Assembly: GCA_046717125.1 (NCBI GenBank)
Contig: JBKJVQ010000070.1
Span: forward strand, 1-46,960
Length of the DNA stretch: 46,960 nt
Direction: 5' to 3'
Origin: Methyloligellaceae bacterium
Lineage (GTDB): Bacteria > Pseudomonadota > Alphaproteobacteria > Rhizobiales > Methyloligellaceae
How positions within the stretch are numbered: position 1 is the stretch's first letter; every line of letters begins with the position of its first letter. Position numbers and translations under genes: made by a program. Positions 1 to 8,707 of the stretch are shown here, in pieces. A model generated the notes under the pieces. The model saw nothing but the letters and a program-made list of their open reading frames with translations, did not search any database and was not told the origin of the DNA.

Positions 1-1159
1 AGATCCAGCTCTTTTGCAGGATTTCGGGCTTGAGCAACAATTCCTCGCGACGCGTGCCCGACTTGTTGAGCAGGATCGAAGGGTAGACGCGCTTTTCCGA
101 CATGCGGCGATCCAGATGGATCTCGCAGTTGCCGGTGCCCTTGAACTCCTCGTAGATCACGTCGTCCATCCGGCTGCCCGTGTCGATGAGCGCGGTGGCG
201 ATGATGGTGAGGGAGCCGCCTTCCTCGATGTTGCGGGCGGCGCCGAAGAAACGCTTCGGCCGCTGCAGGGCGTTGGCGTCGACGCCGCCGGTCAAGACCT
301 TGCCCGACGACGGCACCACCGTGTTGTAGGCGCGGCCGAGCCGCGTGATCGAATCGAGCAGGATGACGACGTCGCGCTTATGCTCGACGAGGCGCTTGGC
401 CTTCTCGATCACCATCTCGGCGACCTGGACGTGGCGTGCCGCCGGCTCGTCGAAAGTCGAGGAGATCACCTCGCCCTTCACCGAGCGCTGCATGTCCGTG
501 ACTTCTTCCGGGCGCTCGTCGATCAGGAGCACGATCAGATAGCACTCGGGGTGATTGGCCGTGACCGCGTGGGCGATGTTCTGCAGGATCACCGTCTTGC
601 CGGTGCGCGGCTGGGCGACGATCAGGCCGCGCTGTCCCTTGCCGAGCGGCGCGACAATGTCGATGACGCGCCCCGTCATGTCCTTCGAACCGGGCTTCGG
701 CGGCGATTCCATCTCCAGCCACTCGTCGGGATAGAGCGGCGTCAGATTGTCGAAGTGGATCTTGTGGCGCTGCGCGTCCGGATCCTCGAAATTGATCGTG
801 TTGACCTTCAGCAGCGCGAAATACCGCTCGCCTTCCTTGGGGCTCCGGATCTGCCCCTCGACCGTGTCGCCGGTCCGAAGACCGAAACGCCTGATCTGCG
901 AGGGCGAGATGTAGATGTCGTCGGGGCCCGGCAGGTAGTTGGCGTCGGGTGAGCGTAAGAAGCCGAACCCATCCTGCAGCACTTCGACGACACCGGTACC
1001 GGTGATGTCGATCTCGCGGTTCGCAAGCTGCTTCAGGATCGCGAACATCAGCTCCTGCTTGCGCATGGTCGAGGCGTTCTCGACCTGCACTTCCTCGGCG
1101 AAGCTGAGCAGCTCGGTCGGCGACTTGGTCTTGAGCTCTTGGAGTTTCATTTCCTGCAT
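1..1159 (-). CDS. rho: Transcription termination factor Rho (C-terminal end runs off the window; absent from the ORF track because no stop lies in the window)
   Basis: Manual minus-strand translation from ATG at 1159: [23 protein letters not shown]...[29 protein letters not shown]...[15 protein letters not shown]...[13 protein letters not shown]...[42 protein letters not shown]. The Walker A and Rho RNA-binding motifs are present. The 14..952 + ORF is its antisense shadow. Confidence 0.95.
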   Translation of the reverse strand, partial: MQEMKLQELKTKSPTELLSFAEEVQVENASTMRKQELMFAILKQLANREIDITGTGVVEVLQDGFGFLRSPDANYLPGPDDIYISPSQIRRFGLRTGDTVEGQIRSPKEGERYFALLKVNTINFEDPDAQRHKIHFDNLTPLYPDEWLEMESPPKPGSKDMTGRVIDIVAPLGKGQRGLIVAQPRTGKTVILQNIAHAVTANHPECYLIVLLIDERPEEVTDMQRSVKGEVISSTFDEPAARHVQVAEMVIEKAKRLVEHKRDVVILLDSITRLGRAYNTVVPSSGKVLTGGVDANALQRPKRFFGAARNIEEGGSLTIIATALIDTGSRMDDVIYEEFKGTGNCEIHLDRRMSEKRVYPSILLNKSGTRREELLLKPEILQKSWI

Positions 1160-1439
1160 GAGGCAGAGGCTCCGGGATGATCTTTGCGCGTGTCGGGGGA
1201 GGGAGGCTGAAGCGGAGGCCTCGCACGCGGCCTGACTGTCTCGCACGAGTGAAGGGGGGATTTGCCGTTCCGCGAAACGGGACGAGACCGCCGGCGCGCC
1301 GGCTACCGATCCAGAACCGCTTCATTTGCGAATGACCGGGCGGGCGAACGGATCCGTCCGGTAACGAAGGCAGAACCAGCTATATCAGATCGGCGCGGCC
1401 ACGGAAAAGAAAATCTGTGGCGAATTCGGGCGCGACAGT

Positions 1440-1871
1440 TCAGAACGGCTTGACGATCACCAGGATGACGATCGCGATCATCAGGAGCGTCGGCACTTCG
1501 TTGACGATCCTGAAGAACCGCGCATCATGTCGATTGCGGTCCTCGGCGAAGGCGCGCGTGTAACCCGCGAACGCGCCCGTCATGCCGCTCAGCACGAGAA
1601 CCAGCGCAAGCTTGGCATGAAACCAGCCGTCTGCCGCCCAGTCGACGCCGCCGGAAAAGGCGAGATACAGCCCGGCCGCCCAGGCGACGATCATGGCGGG
1701 CGACGCGATGTAGCGCAGGAGCCGGCGTTCCATGACCTTGAAGGTCTCGGACGTGGGCGAACCGAGATTTTCCGCCGCGTGATACACGAATAGGCGCGGC
1801 AGATAGAGCACTGCCGCCATCCAGGCGATGATGGCGATCACATGCAGCGCCTTGATCCAAAGGTAGAGCAT
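1440..1871 (-). CDS. hemJ: Protoporphyrinogen IX oxidase HemJ family (UPF0093 membrane protein)
   Basis: 143 aa, 4 predicted TM helices. N-terminus LWIKALHVIAIIAWMAAVLYLPRLFVYHA plus FKVMERRL and WFHAKL motifs typical of HemJ. Adjacent to hemE. Confidence 0.85.
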   Translation of the reverse strand: MLYLWIKALHVIAIIAWMAAVLYLPRLFVYHAAENLGSPTSETFKVMERRLLRYIASPAMIVAWAAGLYLAFSGGVDWAADGWFHAKLALVLVLSGMTGAFAGYTRAFAEDRNRHDARFFRIVNEVPTLLMIAIVILVIVKPF

Positions 1872-1925
1872 CGGACTTGTCTCGACCGCGCAGCAGAATC
1901 AAGACCCGCTACACGATTCGCAGCC

Positions 1926-2975
1926 TTATGTCCGGCCCTGCACGCGCGCCACGAGCTCGGCCACATGATCGGGCGGCGTCTCGGGCACGATGCCGTGGCC
2001 GAGATTAAACACGAAGGGTCCGTCGGCCAGTGCTTCCAGAATCCTGTCGACACGCCGACGCATAGCATCGCCACCGGCGACAAGAAGCAGCGGATCGAGA
2101 TTGCCCTGCACCGGCAAACGCGTCTGCAATCCGGCCATCGTTTCGAGCGGCATGGCGGTACCGCAGCCGATAGCATCGGCGCCGGCTTCCGCCGCATAGT
2201 TCGCCGCCAGCGCATCAGCGCCGCGTGGAAAGCCGATGATCGGCACATCCGGATGGGCGGCGCGCACACGATCTGCGATCGCGCGCATCGGCGCGACGCA
2301 CCAGCGTGCGAACTGGTCGTCGGGCAGCGATCCGGCCCAGCTGTCGAATATCTGCACGGCCTCCGCGCCCGCCTCGATTTGCGCGATCAGATGCGCGGCC
2401 GACGCCTCGACCAGAATGTCGATCAGGCGCTGCATCGTCTGAGGGTCCCGATAGGCAAGCTTGCGCGTGTCGGCCTGGTCCGGAGACCCTCGGCCCCCGA
2501 CCATATAGGTCGCCACCGTCCAGGGCGCGCCGCAGAAACCGATCAGGGCCGTCCCGTCGGGAAGTGCTGCGCGGGTGCGCGAGATCGCCTCGTAGACCGG
2601 CGTGAGCCGTTCCGTCAGGCCGTCCGGCTTTAGCCCGGCAATGCCCGTCCCATCCGTGACCGGCTCCAGCACCGGGCCTTCGCCCTCACGGAAATCGAGT
2701 GCCTGGCCAAGCGCATGCGGCACAACGAGGATGTCGCAGAAGATGATCGCGGCATCTAAACCGAACCTGCGAATCGGCTGCAGCGTCACCTCGCAGGCGT
2801 TAACCGGATCGTAGCAAAGGTTAAGGAAACTTCCGGCCCGGGCGCGCACTTCCCGGTATTCCGGCAGATAGCGACCGGCCTGGCGCATCAGCCAGATCGG
2901 CGGCCGCTTGGCCTGCTCGCCGTGCAGCGTTCGCACAAGGCCGGACGCATGCTCCACCGGCAAAGAAGAAAACAT
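1926..2975 (-). CDS. hemE: Uroporphyrinogen decarboxylase
   Basis: 349 aa with PPIWLMRQAGRYLPEYREVR signature and URO-D-like length. Confidence 0.95.
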   Translation of the reverse strand: MFSSLPVEHASGLVRTLHGEQAKRPPIWLMRQAGRYLPEYREVRARAGSFLNLCYDPVNACEVTLQPIRRFGLDAAIIFCDILVVPHALGQALDFREGEGPVLEPVTDGTGIAGLKPDGLTERLTPVYEAISRTRAALPDGTALIGFCGAPWTVATYMVGGRGSPDQADTRKLAYRDPQTMQRLIDILVEASAAHLIAQIEAGAEAVQIFDSWAGSLPDDQFARWCVAPMRAIADRVRAAHPDVPIIGFPRGADALAANYAAEAGADAIGCGTAMPLETMAGLQTRLPVQGNLDPLLLVAGGDAMRRRVDRILEALADGPFVFNLGHGIVPETPPDHVAELVARVQGRT

Positions 2976-3253
2976 TCAAAGAATTCCCTTAAGGGTATTT
3001 CTGATTCTTCTGGGGACTGGATAGCGGACATTCGCAACCGTCTCCAGACGATCAACAGGATGGGTTGCCGGCCCGCGCGTGTTCCGGCGACTTTCGCCCG
3101 TCCTGTGGACAGGCCCGGCGGATGAGGGATGCTCCTCGTTCCACCGGCTCAATTTTAGGCGCGCCCGGAGGATGTGGGCGGAGACTGAACGGGACGCGGT
3201 CCAGTATGCGGATGAACGATCGCGCTTGACGGCCTCGCGCCCAACTAGGCGAT

Positions 3254-3262
3254 TTATCCCCG
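3254..3262 (+). promoter_or_regulatory. DnaA-box-like 9-mer TTATCCCCG
   Basis: 7/9 match to TTATCCACA. The identical 9-mer recurs inverted 44 bp away. Confidence 0.4.
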
Positions 3263-3305
3263 AACGCGAATCTGTGCGCGAATCGGCGCATGACGGAGCC
3301 TGGCG

Positions 3306-3314
3306 CGGGGATAA
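3306..3314 (-). promoter_or_regulatory. DnaA-box-like 9-mer TTATCCCCG (inverted copy)
   Basis: The plus strand reads CGGGGATAA, the reverse complement of the box at 3254-3262. Confidence 0.4.
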
Positions 3315-3353
3315 GCGGCGCCTCAGCGGGCTGGCCTAGGGACAAGCGCCGGT

Positions 3354-3362
3354 TTATCCAGA
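3354..3362 (+). promoter_or_regulatory. DnaA-box-like 9-mer TTATCCAGA
   Basis: 8/9 match to TTATCCACA, located 4 nt upstream of the ppsR-like ATG. Confidence 0.4.
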
Positions 3363-3365
3363 GCC

Positions 3366-4205
3366 ATGTCCACCGACGAGCCGCGCCATTTCCACCTGCA
3401 TCTTCTCTCCGATGCGACCGGAGAGACGCTGTCGGCGATCGCGCGGGCGGCGTCGGTTCAATATGCGCGTATCCGCCCGATCGAACACGTCCACCCGCTG
3501 ATTCGTTCCAGGCGGCAGCTGCAGGCAGCTCTGAATGCGGTCGAAGCTTCGCGAGGGATTGTGCTTTATACCATCGTCAATCCGGAACTCGTGACCATGC
3601 TGGAAGACGCATGCCGCCGGCTGAGCGTCCCGTGTGTCGCCCCGCTCGCGAACGTCATGGCGTTGTTCGGCTCGCATCTCGGGACTTCGACGACGCCGAC
3701 CGTTGCGGGACAGCATGCGCTGGACGCCGAATATTTCCGGCGCATCGAGGCGGTCGGCTTCTCCATGATGCATGACGACGGACGTCTACCCGACAAGATC
3801 GACAATGCCGACATCGTCATCCTCGGTGTGAGCCGCACATCCAAGACGCCCACCGCGATCTATCTCGCCAATAAGGGATACAAAGCCGCCAATCTGCCGC
3901 TTGTAACCGGTCTGCCATTGCCGCCGGCGCTGGAAGAGCCGACCTCAGCGTTGATCGTCGGCCTGGTCGCAAGCCCCGAACGCATCGCGCAGGTGCGGCG
4001 TAACCGGCTGCGCGACATGGGCGATTGCGGACTGAAAGACTATGTCGATCTCGAATATATCACAGCGGAGATCGCCTGGACGCGGCGGCTCTTCGCCCGC
4101 CATGACTGGCCGATCATCGACGTGACGCGTCGCTCGATCGAGGAGACTGCTGCCGAGATCATCAAGCTGCGTCACGACCAGGTGGCCGGGCGGACCAAAT
4201 CATGA
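3366..4205 (+). CDS. ppsR: Pyruvate, phosphate dikinase / PEP synthase regulatory protein (DUF299 kinase/pyrophosphorylase; RP001/CC0001-type)
   Basis: 279 aa. P-loop GVSRTSKTPTAIYLA and N-terminal HLHLLSDATGETL are typical of the PDRP/PSRP family. Confidence 0.88.
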   Translation: MSTDEPRHFHLHLLSDATGETLSAIARAASVQYARIRPIEHVHPLIRSRRQLQAALNAVEASRGIVLYTIVNPELVTMLEDACRRLSVPCVAPLANVMALFGSHLGTSTTPTVAGQHALDAEYFRRIEAVGFSMMHDDGRLPDKIDNADIVILGVSRTSKTPTAIYLANKGYKAANLPLVTGLPLPPALEEPTSALIVGLVASPERIAQVRRNRLRDMGDCGLKDYVDLEYITAEIAWTRRLFARHDWPIIDVTRRSIEETAAEIIKLRHDQVAGRTKS

Positions 4206-4819
4206 CCGATGCGTCCTTTCCCCAGACGCATATGCGGCTTGTGCTGGCTTCCGCATCGCCTGCGCGCGCCGCTATCCTGAATCATGCGGGACTTGCGTTC
4301 GATATCCGACCGGCGGATCTGGACGAGGCCGCGATCCGGGCGGCGGTAAACTCGGACCTCGACGCCGCCGACGTCGCCGAAATCCTCGCCCGCGCCAAGG
4401 CGGAAGCCTTATCGGCCGATCCGTCTTGCCTCGTCATCGGCGCCGATCAGACGCTCGAGATTGATGACGCTATCCTGGCCAAGCCGAAAGACATGGAAGA
4501 GGCGCGCCGGCAGTTGCTCGCGCTGTCCGGCCGGACGCATGCGCTGCATTCGGCGGTCGCGCTGGCGCGCGAGGGCGAGACCATCTGGGCCGATACGCAG
4601 CAAGCCCGGCTGACGATGCGCAAGCTCGACCCGGCCTTTATCGGCAAATATCTCGCGCGTTGCGGCGAGCCTGCGCTGGGCAGCGTCGGTGCCTACCAGC
4701 TTGAAGGGCTCGGCGCGCATCTGTTCGAGAAGATCGAGGGCGACTTCTTCACCATTCTCGGCCTGCCGCTGATGCCACTTCTGGCGGCGCTGCGCCGCGA
4801 AGGCGCGATTGAAGGATAG
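4202..4819 (+). CDS. maf: Maf-like nucleoside triphosphate pyrophosphatase
   Basis: 205 aa with LVLASASPARAAIL and GAYQLEGLG motifs. ATGA start/stop overlap with the upstream gene. Confidence 0.9.
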   Translation: MTDASFPQTHMRLVLASASPARAAILNHAGLAFDIRPADLDEAAIRAAVNSDLDAADVAEILARAKAEALSADPSCLVIGADQTLEIDDAILAKPKDMEEARRQLLALSGRTHALHSAVALAREGETIWADTQQARLTMRKLDPAFIGKYLARCGEPALGSVGAYQLEGLGAHLFEKIEGDFFTILGLPLMPLLAALRREGAIEG

Positions 4820-4824
4820 GGCTG

Positions 4825-5649
4825 TTGCGCAACGCCTGCGTCATCGGCGATCCGGTCGCCCATTCAAGATCGCCCCTGATCCATAACTGGTGGCTGGACG
4901 AATACGGGATCGACGGCGCATACGGAAAGGAGCGCGTGACCGTCGCGGCGCTGCCCGGTTTTGTGGCGGCGCTCGGCGATCCATATGTCGGCTGCAATGT
5001 GACCGTGCCCCACAAGGAGCAAGCGCTCGCGCTGGCCGACGAGGCCGACGATGCAGCGCGGGCGATCGGTGCGGCGAACACACTCTGGCGCCGCGATGGA
5101 GCGATCGTTGCGGCCAACACCGACGCGCACGGATTTTCCGCGCATCTTGAGCAGACCGTGCCTGACTGGCGGCGGGATCTGCCCGTGACGGTCATCGGCG
5201 CGGGCGGCGCTGCGCGGGCGATCGTCTTCGCCCTGATCGGCGCAGGCGTGCCGCAGATCAGGGTTGCGAACCGGTCCCTGTCGCGCGCGAAGGCGCTGGC
5301 GACTTCGTTCGGGCCGCGCGTCCGGCCGATACCGTGGGAGCGGCGCGGCAAGGCGATGGAGGGAGCCGGTCTCCTTGTCAACGCAACCACGCTCGGGATG
5401 CAGGGCGCTCCGAAACTCGACCTGAAGCTCGACGCCCTGCCCGCCTTTGCTGTCGTGTACGACATTGTCTATGCGCCGCTGACCACCCACCTCCTCGCGC
5501 GCGCCGAGGCCCGTCACAACCCGGTCGTCGACGGGCTTGGCATGCTGCTGCATCAGGCCGCGCCCGCCTTCGAGCGCTTCTTCGGAATCATGCCGGAGGT
5601 AACACCGGCCCTTCGCGCGCGCCTCGTGCAGAGCGTCGAGGCTTCCTGA
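4825..5649 (+). CDS. aroE: Shikimate dehydrogenase
   Basis: 274 aa with VIGDPVAHSRSPLIHNWW, NVTVPHKEQA and GAGGAARA Rossmann motifs. TTG start as given in the track. Confidence 0.9.
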   Translation: MRNACVIGDPVAHSRSPLIHNWWLDEYGIDGAYGKERVTVAALPGFVAALGDPYVGCNVTVPHKEQALALADEADDAARAIGAANTLWRRDGAIVAANTDAHGFSAHLEQTVPDWRRDLPVTVIGAGGAARAIVFALIGAGVPQIRVANRSLSRAKALATSFGPRVRPIPWERRGKAMEGAGLLVNATTLGMQGAPKLDLKLDALPAFAVVYDIVYAPLTTHLLARAEARHNPVVDGLGMLLHQAAPAFERFFGIMPEVTPALRARLVQSVEAS

Positions 5650-6278
5650 TGCGCATTGTCGGCCTGACAGGTTCGATCGCGAGCGGAAAGTCCACGGTCG
5701 CATCTATGTTGAGGGCGCGGGGGGTTCCGGTGTTCGACGCCGACGAGACCGTGCATCTCCTCTATGCCGGCGCGGCTGCGACAAAGATCGAGGCGGCGTT
5801 CCCCGGTACCGTCAAGGCGGGAAAGGTCGACCGCGACGCGCTCGCGAGGCGCGTCCTCGGCGACGCTGAGGCGCTGGCGCGGCTCGAAGCGATCGTGCAT
5901 CCGCTGGTCAGATCGGCGCGGAAGTCGTTTCTCGAGCGCGCGAAGCGGGACGGCGCAGAGATCGCCGTGCTCGAAATCCCGCTCCTGTTCGAAACCGGTG
6001 CGGAGAACGAGGCCGATGCTGTGGTGGTGGCGAGCGCGCCGGAAGCGACGCTCAGATCGCGCGCATTGACCCGGCCGAGCATGACTGAAGAGAAGCTCGC
6101 TTCTATCCTGAAGCGTCAGACCCCCGACGCCGAGAAGCGCGCCCGGGCCGACTTTGTTGTGGATACGTCGGGCGCACTGGACGAGACGGAGCGCCAGGTG
6201 GATAGACTGATCGAGTCCTTAGCCCGATTCGATCCGCGCAAGGAACGACGTCAAACCGAGGAGCGGGACGGAACATAG
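5649..6278 (+). CDS. coaE: Dephospho-CoA kinase
   Basis: Starts at the internal ATG 5649 (ATGA overlap with the aroE stop). MRIVGLTGSIASGKSTV P-loop. The track ORF 5334..6278 is an upstream over-extension. Confidence 0.9.
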   Translation: MRIVGLTGSIASGKSTVASMLRARGVPVFDADETVHLLYAGAAATKIEAAFPGTVKAGKVDRDALARRVLGDAEALARLEAIVHPLVRSARKSFLERAKRDGAEIAVLEIPLLFETGAENEADAVVVASAPEATLRSRALTRPSMTEEKLASILKRQTPDAEKRARADFVVDTSGALDETERQVDRLIESLARFDPRKERRQTEERDGT

Positions 6279-6967
6279 TGCGCGAGATCGTGCTCGACAC
6301 CGAAACGACGGGGCTCGACCCGGCCGACGGCCACCGCATCGTCGAGATCGGCTGCGTCGAGCTGTTCAATACCGTGCCGACCGGCAAGGTATTCCATCGC
6401 TGGCTCAATCCCGACCGCGACGTCCCGGAAGGCGCTGCGGCCGTGCATGGGCTGACGGCCAGCTTCCTCGCCGACAAGCCCCGCTTCGCCGACATCGCCT
6501 CCGACCTCGACAATTTTATCGGCGATGCCTGCATCGTCGCCCACAATGCGGGTTTCGATCTCGCCTTCCTCAATGCCGAGCGCGTGCGCATTGGCCTGCC
6601 GGCGATCGGGGAAGACAGAATCTGCGACACGCTCGCGATGGCGCGAAAGAAATTTCCCGGTGCGGCGAATTCCCTCGATGCTCTTTGCCGACGCTTCGCG
6701 ATCGACCTGTCCGAGCGCGGCAAGCATGGCGCGCTGCTCGACTGCAAACTGCTCGCGTCGGTCTATATCGAGTTGCGCGGCGGCCAGCAGGCGCGGCTGC
6801 AGCTTGCGCAGGATATCGTCATCGTCGCGAGCGGCGCGGCGCGCGTATCCGCGCCGGCGCGTCCCGTTCCGCTTCCCTCGCGCCTCAGCGCCGCGGAGAT
6901 CGCCGCGCATCGGGTCTTTGTCGCGTCGCTTGGCGAAAGGGCCATCTGGCTCCGCTATGCGAGTTAA
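6278..6967 (+). CDS. dnaQ: DNA polymerase III epsilon subunit (3'-5' exonuclease)
   Basis: 229 aa with Exo motifs IVLDTETTGLDP, HNAGFDLAFL and HGALLDCKLLASVYIEL. Confidence 0.93.
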   Translation: MREIVLDTETTGLDPADGHRIVEIGCVELFNTVPTGKVFHRWLNPDRDVPEGAAAVHGLTASFLADKPRFADIASDLDNFIGDACIVAHNAGFDLAFLNAERVRIGLPAIGEDRICDTLAMARKKFPGAANSLDALCRRFAIDLSERGKHGALLDCKLLASVYIELRGGQQARLQLAQDIVIVASGAARVSAPARPVPLPSRLSAAEIAAHRVFVASLGERAIWLRYAS

Positions 6968-6976
6968 GCGTGCGGC

Positions 6977-7480
6977 CTAATTCTTCGGCACGTCGGCCGC
7001 GGCCTGCTTCTGCGCCTCGCGAATGTTGCGCGTGTAAAGGGCAGCAAAATCGATCGGGTCCAGCATGAGCGGCGCAAAGCCGCCGTCCCGTGTTACGTCG
7101 GCGACGATGCGGCGCAAAAACGGAAACAGAACGATCGGGCAGTCCACGAACAGGACCGGCTGGATCATGTTCTCCGGCACACCCTTGATGCGGAACGCGC
7201 CGCAATAGACGCATTCGATATTGTAGATGATGCCGGAATCATTGGTCGCGCCTGCTTCGAACAGGAGCTGGACCTCGTAAACGTCCTCGCCCTTGCGACC
7301 CGCGTTGACGTTGACGTTGACCTTGAGCTGCGGGTTCTCGCCCGGCCCCTGCATGGAGCGCGGCGCGTTCGGATTCTCGAACGACAGATCCCGAACATAC
7401 TGGCCGAGAACGCTGAGCTGGGGCCCCGCCTGGTCCGCCTGCGCGCCGCCATTGCCCGGTTCTGCTTTGTCGTCCGCCAT
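6977..7480 (-). CDS. secB: Protein-export chaperone SecB
   Basis: LSVLGQYVRDLSFENPNAP signature. Preferred start is MADDKAEPG at 7480. The ORF-track start at 7498 abuts the upstream hairpin. Confidence 0.9.
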   Translation of the reverse strand: MADDKAEPGNGGAQADQAGPQLSVLGQYVRDLSFENPNAPRSMQGPGENPQLKVNVNVNAGRKGEDVYEVQLLFEAGATNDSGIIYNIECVYCGAFRIKGVPENMIQPVLFVDCPIVLFPFLRRIVADVTRDGGFAPLMLDPIDFAALYTRNIREAQKQAAADVPKN

Positions 7481-7499
7481 GTCGATCCGCCATCCCATG

Positions 7500-7635
7500 G
7501 ATCACGATGACTTCGGATGGAATCAATCCGAAGTCATGAAGGTGATCGGTTTCAAAGGTTAGAGCATGGTGTCATCCGAAAACCACCGCACACTCGAAAT
7601 CAAGTCCGGGGCAGGTTTTGTCCGCATCATGCTCT
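7500..7635 (-). repeat. Bipartite palindromic intergenic repeat, copy A (H1 7500-7547, H2 7561-7635), in the secB 5' leader
   Basis: H1 is GATCAC-ATGACTTCGGAT-loop-ATCCGAAGTCAT-GTGATC. H2 arms are AGAGCATGGTG...CCGAAAACC / GGTTTTG...CATCATGCTCT. It is homologous to 25240-25347 in the opposite genomic orientation. Confidence 0.75.
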
Positions 7636-7880
7636 TGCGCCATGAGCGCGGGGCATCGGCTAGCATGCAAGTCGCGAAACGCGCAACGGTCGCGACGATC
7701 CCCACTCGGCTTATTGCCGGTTGGCTTGACGCACCCTATGTCCTAGATTGAGAGGGAATCCGGGCCGCTGTCCGGCGTCGCCGGGCTTCGGTCCCGCCGA
7801 CAGGTCATCGGGGCGGAACAGAGTCCTCCGAAGACGGTTCGACAAGCAGCCTTTGGCCCTTGCGGGCGGATGGACGATTC

Positions 7881-8612
7881 ATGAGCGACGGTTTCGATCT
7901 CACCACGTTGCTGTTCCTCGTACTCGCGGTGATCATTTTCCTGCGATTGCGGAGCGTTCTCGGGCGTCGCACGGGCAGCGAACGGCCGCCTTATGATCCC
8001 TATGCGAGCCGCGATGCGCGCGCGCCCAAGCCCGCGGGCCCTGGCGAAGTGATCGCCATGCCGAGGCGCGATCAGCAGCGATCCGATGTGGCTGAGACAC
8101 GCGCGCCGTCCGCCGAGGACATCGAGGCGCGCGTCCGACCGTTCGCGGCCAAGGGCACGCCGCTCGAATCCGGCCTCGGCGAGATCGTGTCGGCCGACCC
8201 GAATTTCGAACCCGATCATTTCCTGACGGGCTCGAAAGCCGCTTACGAGATGATCGTGGTCGGTTTTGCCAATGGCGACCGCCGCACGCTGAAACAGCTT
8301 CTCGGCAAGGATGTCTATGACGGCTTCATCCTGGCGCTGAACGCGCGCGAGGAGCGGGGCGAGACGGTCGAGATGTCGTTCATCGGCATCACCCGCGCCG
8401 ACATCATGGAAGCGGAGCTGAAGAACCGCACCGCGCACGTGACGGTCAAGTTCGTGAGCCAGCTCATCAGCGCCACGCGCGACAGCGACGGCGACGTTGT
8501 CGAGGGCGAGCCCAAGCGCGTGCGGGAGGTCACCGATATCTGGACCTTCGCCCGCGACCTGTCCTCGCGCGATCCCAACTGGAAGCTGGTCGCCACCGAA
8601 TCGGATCATTAG
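7881..8612 (+). CDS. Tim44-like domain protein (membrane-anchored)
   Basis: N-terminal TM segment LTTLLFLVLAVIIFLRL. The C-terminal domain (DPNFEPDHFLTGSKAAYEMIVVGFANGD...WTFARD) is typical of bacterial Tim44 homologues. Conserved neighbour of secB in alphaproteobacteria. Start MSDGFDL chosen. Confidence 0.82.
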   Translation: MSDGFDLTTLLFLVLAVIIFLRLRSVLGRRTGSERPPYDPYASRDARAPKPAGPGEVIAMPRRDQQRSDVAETRAPSAEDIEARVRPFAAKGTPLESGLGEIVSADPNFEPDHFLTGSKAAYEMIVVGFANGDRRTLKQLLGKDVYDGFILALNAREERGETVEMSFIGITRADIMEAELKNRTAHVTVKFVSQLISATRDSDGDVVEGEPKRVREVTDIWTFARDLSSRDPNWKLVATESDH

Positions 8613-8707
8613 CGGTCGCAAGGCGGCCGCTCGAATCCGGAAAGGTTCAGTCCACCTTTGGCGATCATGATGCGCGCCATGCGCATGATTCGGAATCGGG
8701 GGACGAA

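Larger units (their letters stand above)
2976..3365. other. Candidate chromosomal replication origin (oriC/Cori-type), hemE-ppsR intergenic region
   Basis: 390-bp non-coding gap between divergently transcribed hemE and the RP001/PpsR-like gene, which is the conserved alphaproteobacterial origin context. An AT-rich stretch lies at 2960-3015. DnaA-box-like 9-mers: TTATCCCCG (3254-3262), its exact inverted copy (3306-3314), TTATCCAGA (3354-3362) and TGTGGACAG (3104-3112). GANTC sites at 3003, 3268 and 3280. Confidence 0.55.

Noticed and set aside
14-952. 312-aa plus-strand ORF
   Set aside because: It is the antisense shadow of rho. The minus strand encodes an unmistakable Rho sequence, and the plus-strand product is Arg/Asp/Val/Gly-rich with no family resemblance.
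7650-7880. GC-rich, hairpin-prone 230-bp region upstream of the tim44-like gene
   Set aside because: Nested stems can be drawn (CTGTCCGGCG...CGCCGACAG). I found no match to the motifs I recall for SRP RNA, 6S, tmRNA, RNase P or known riboswitches, and no terminator. This is probably just a promoter and leader.
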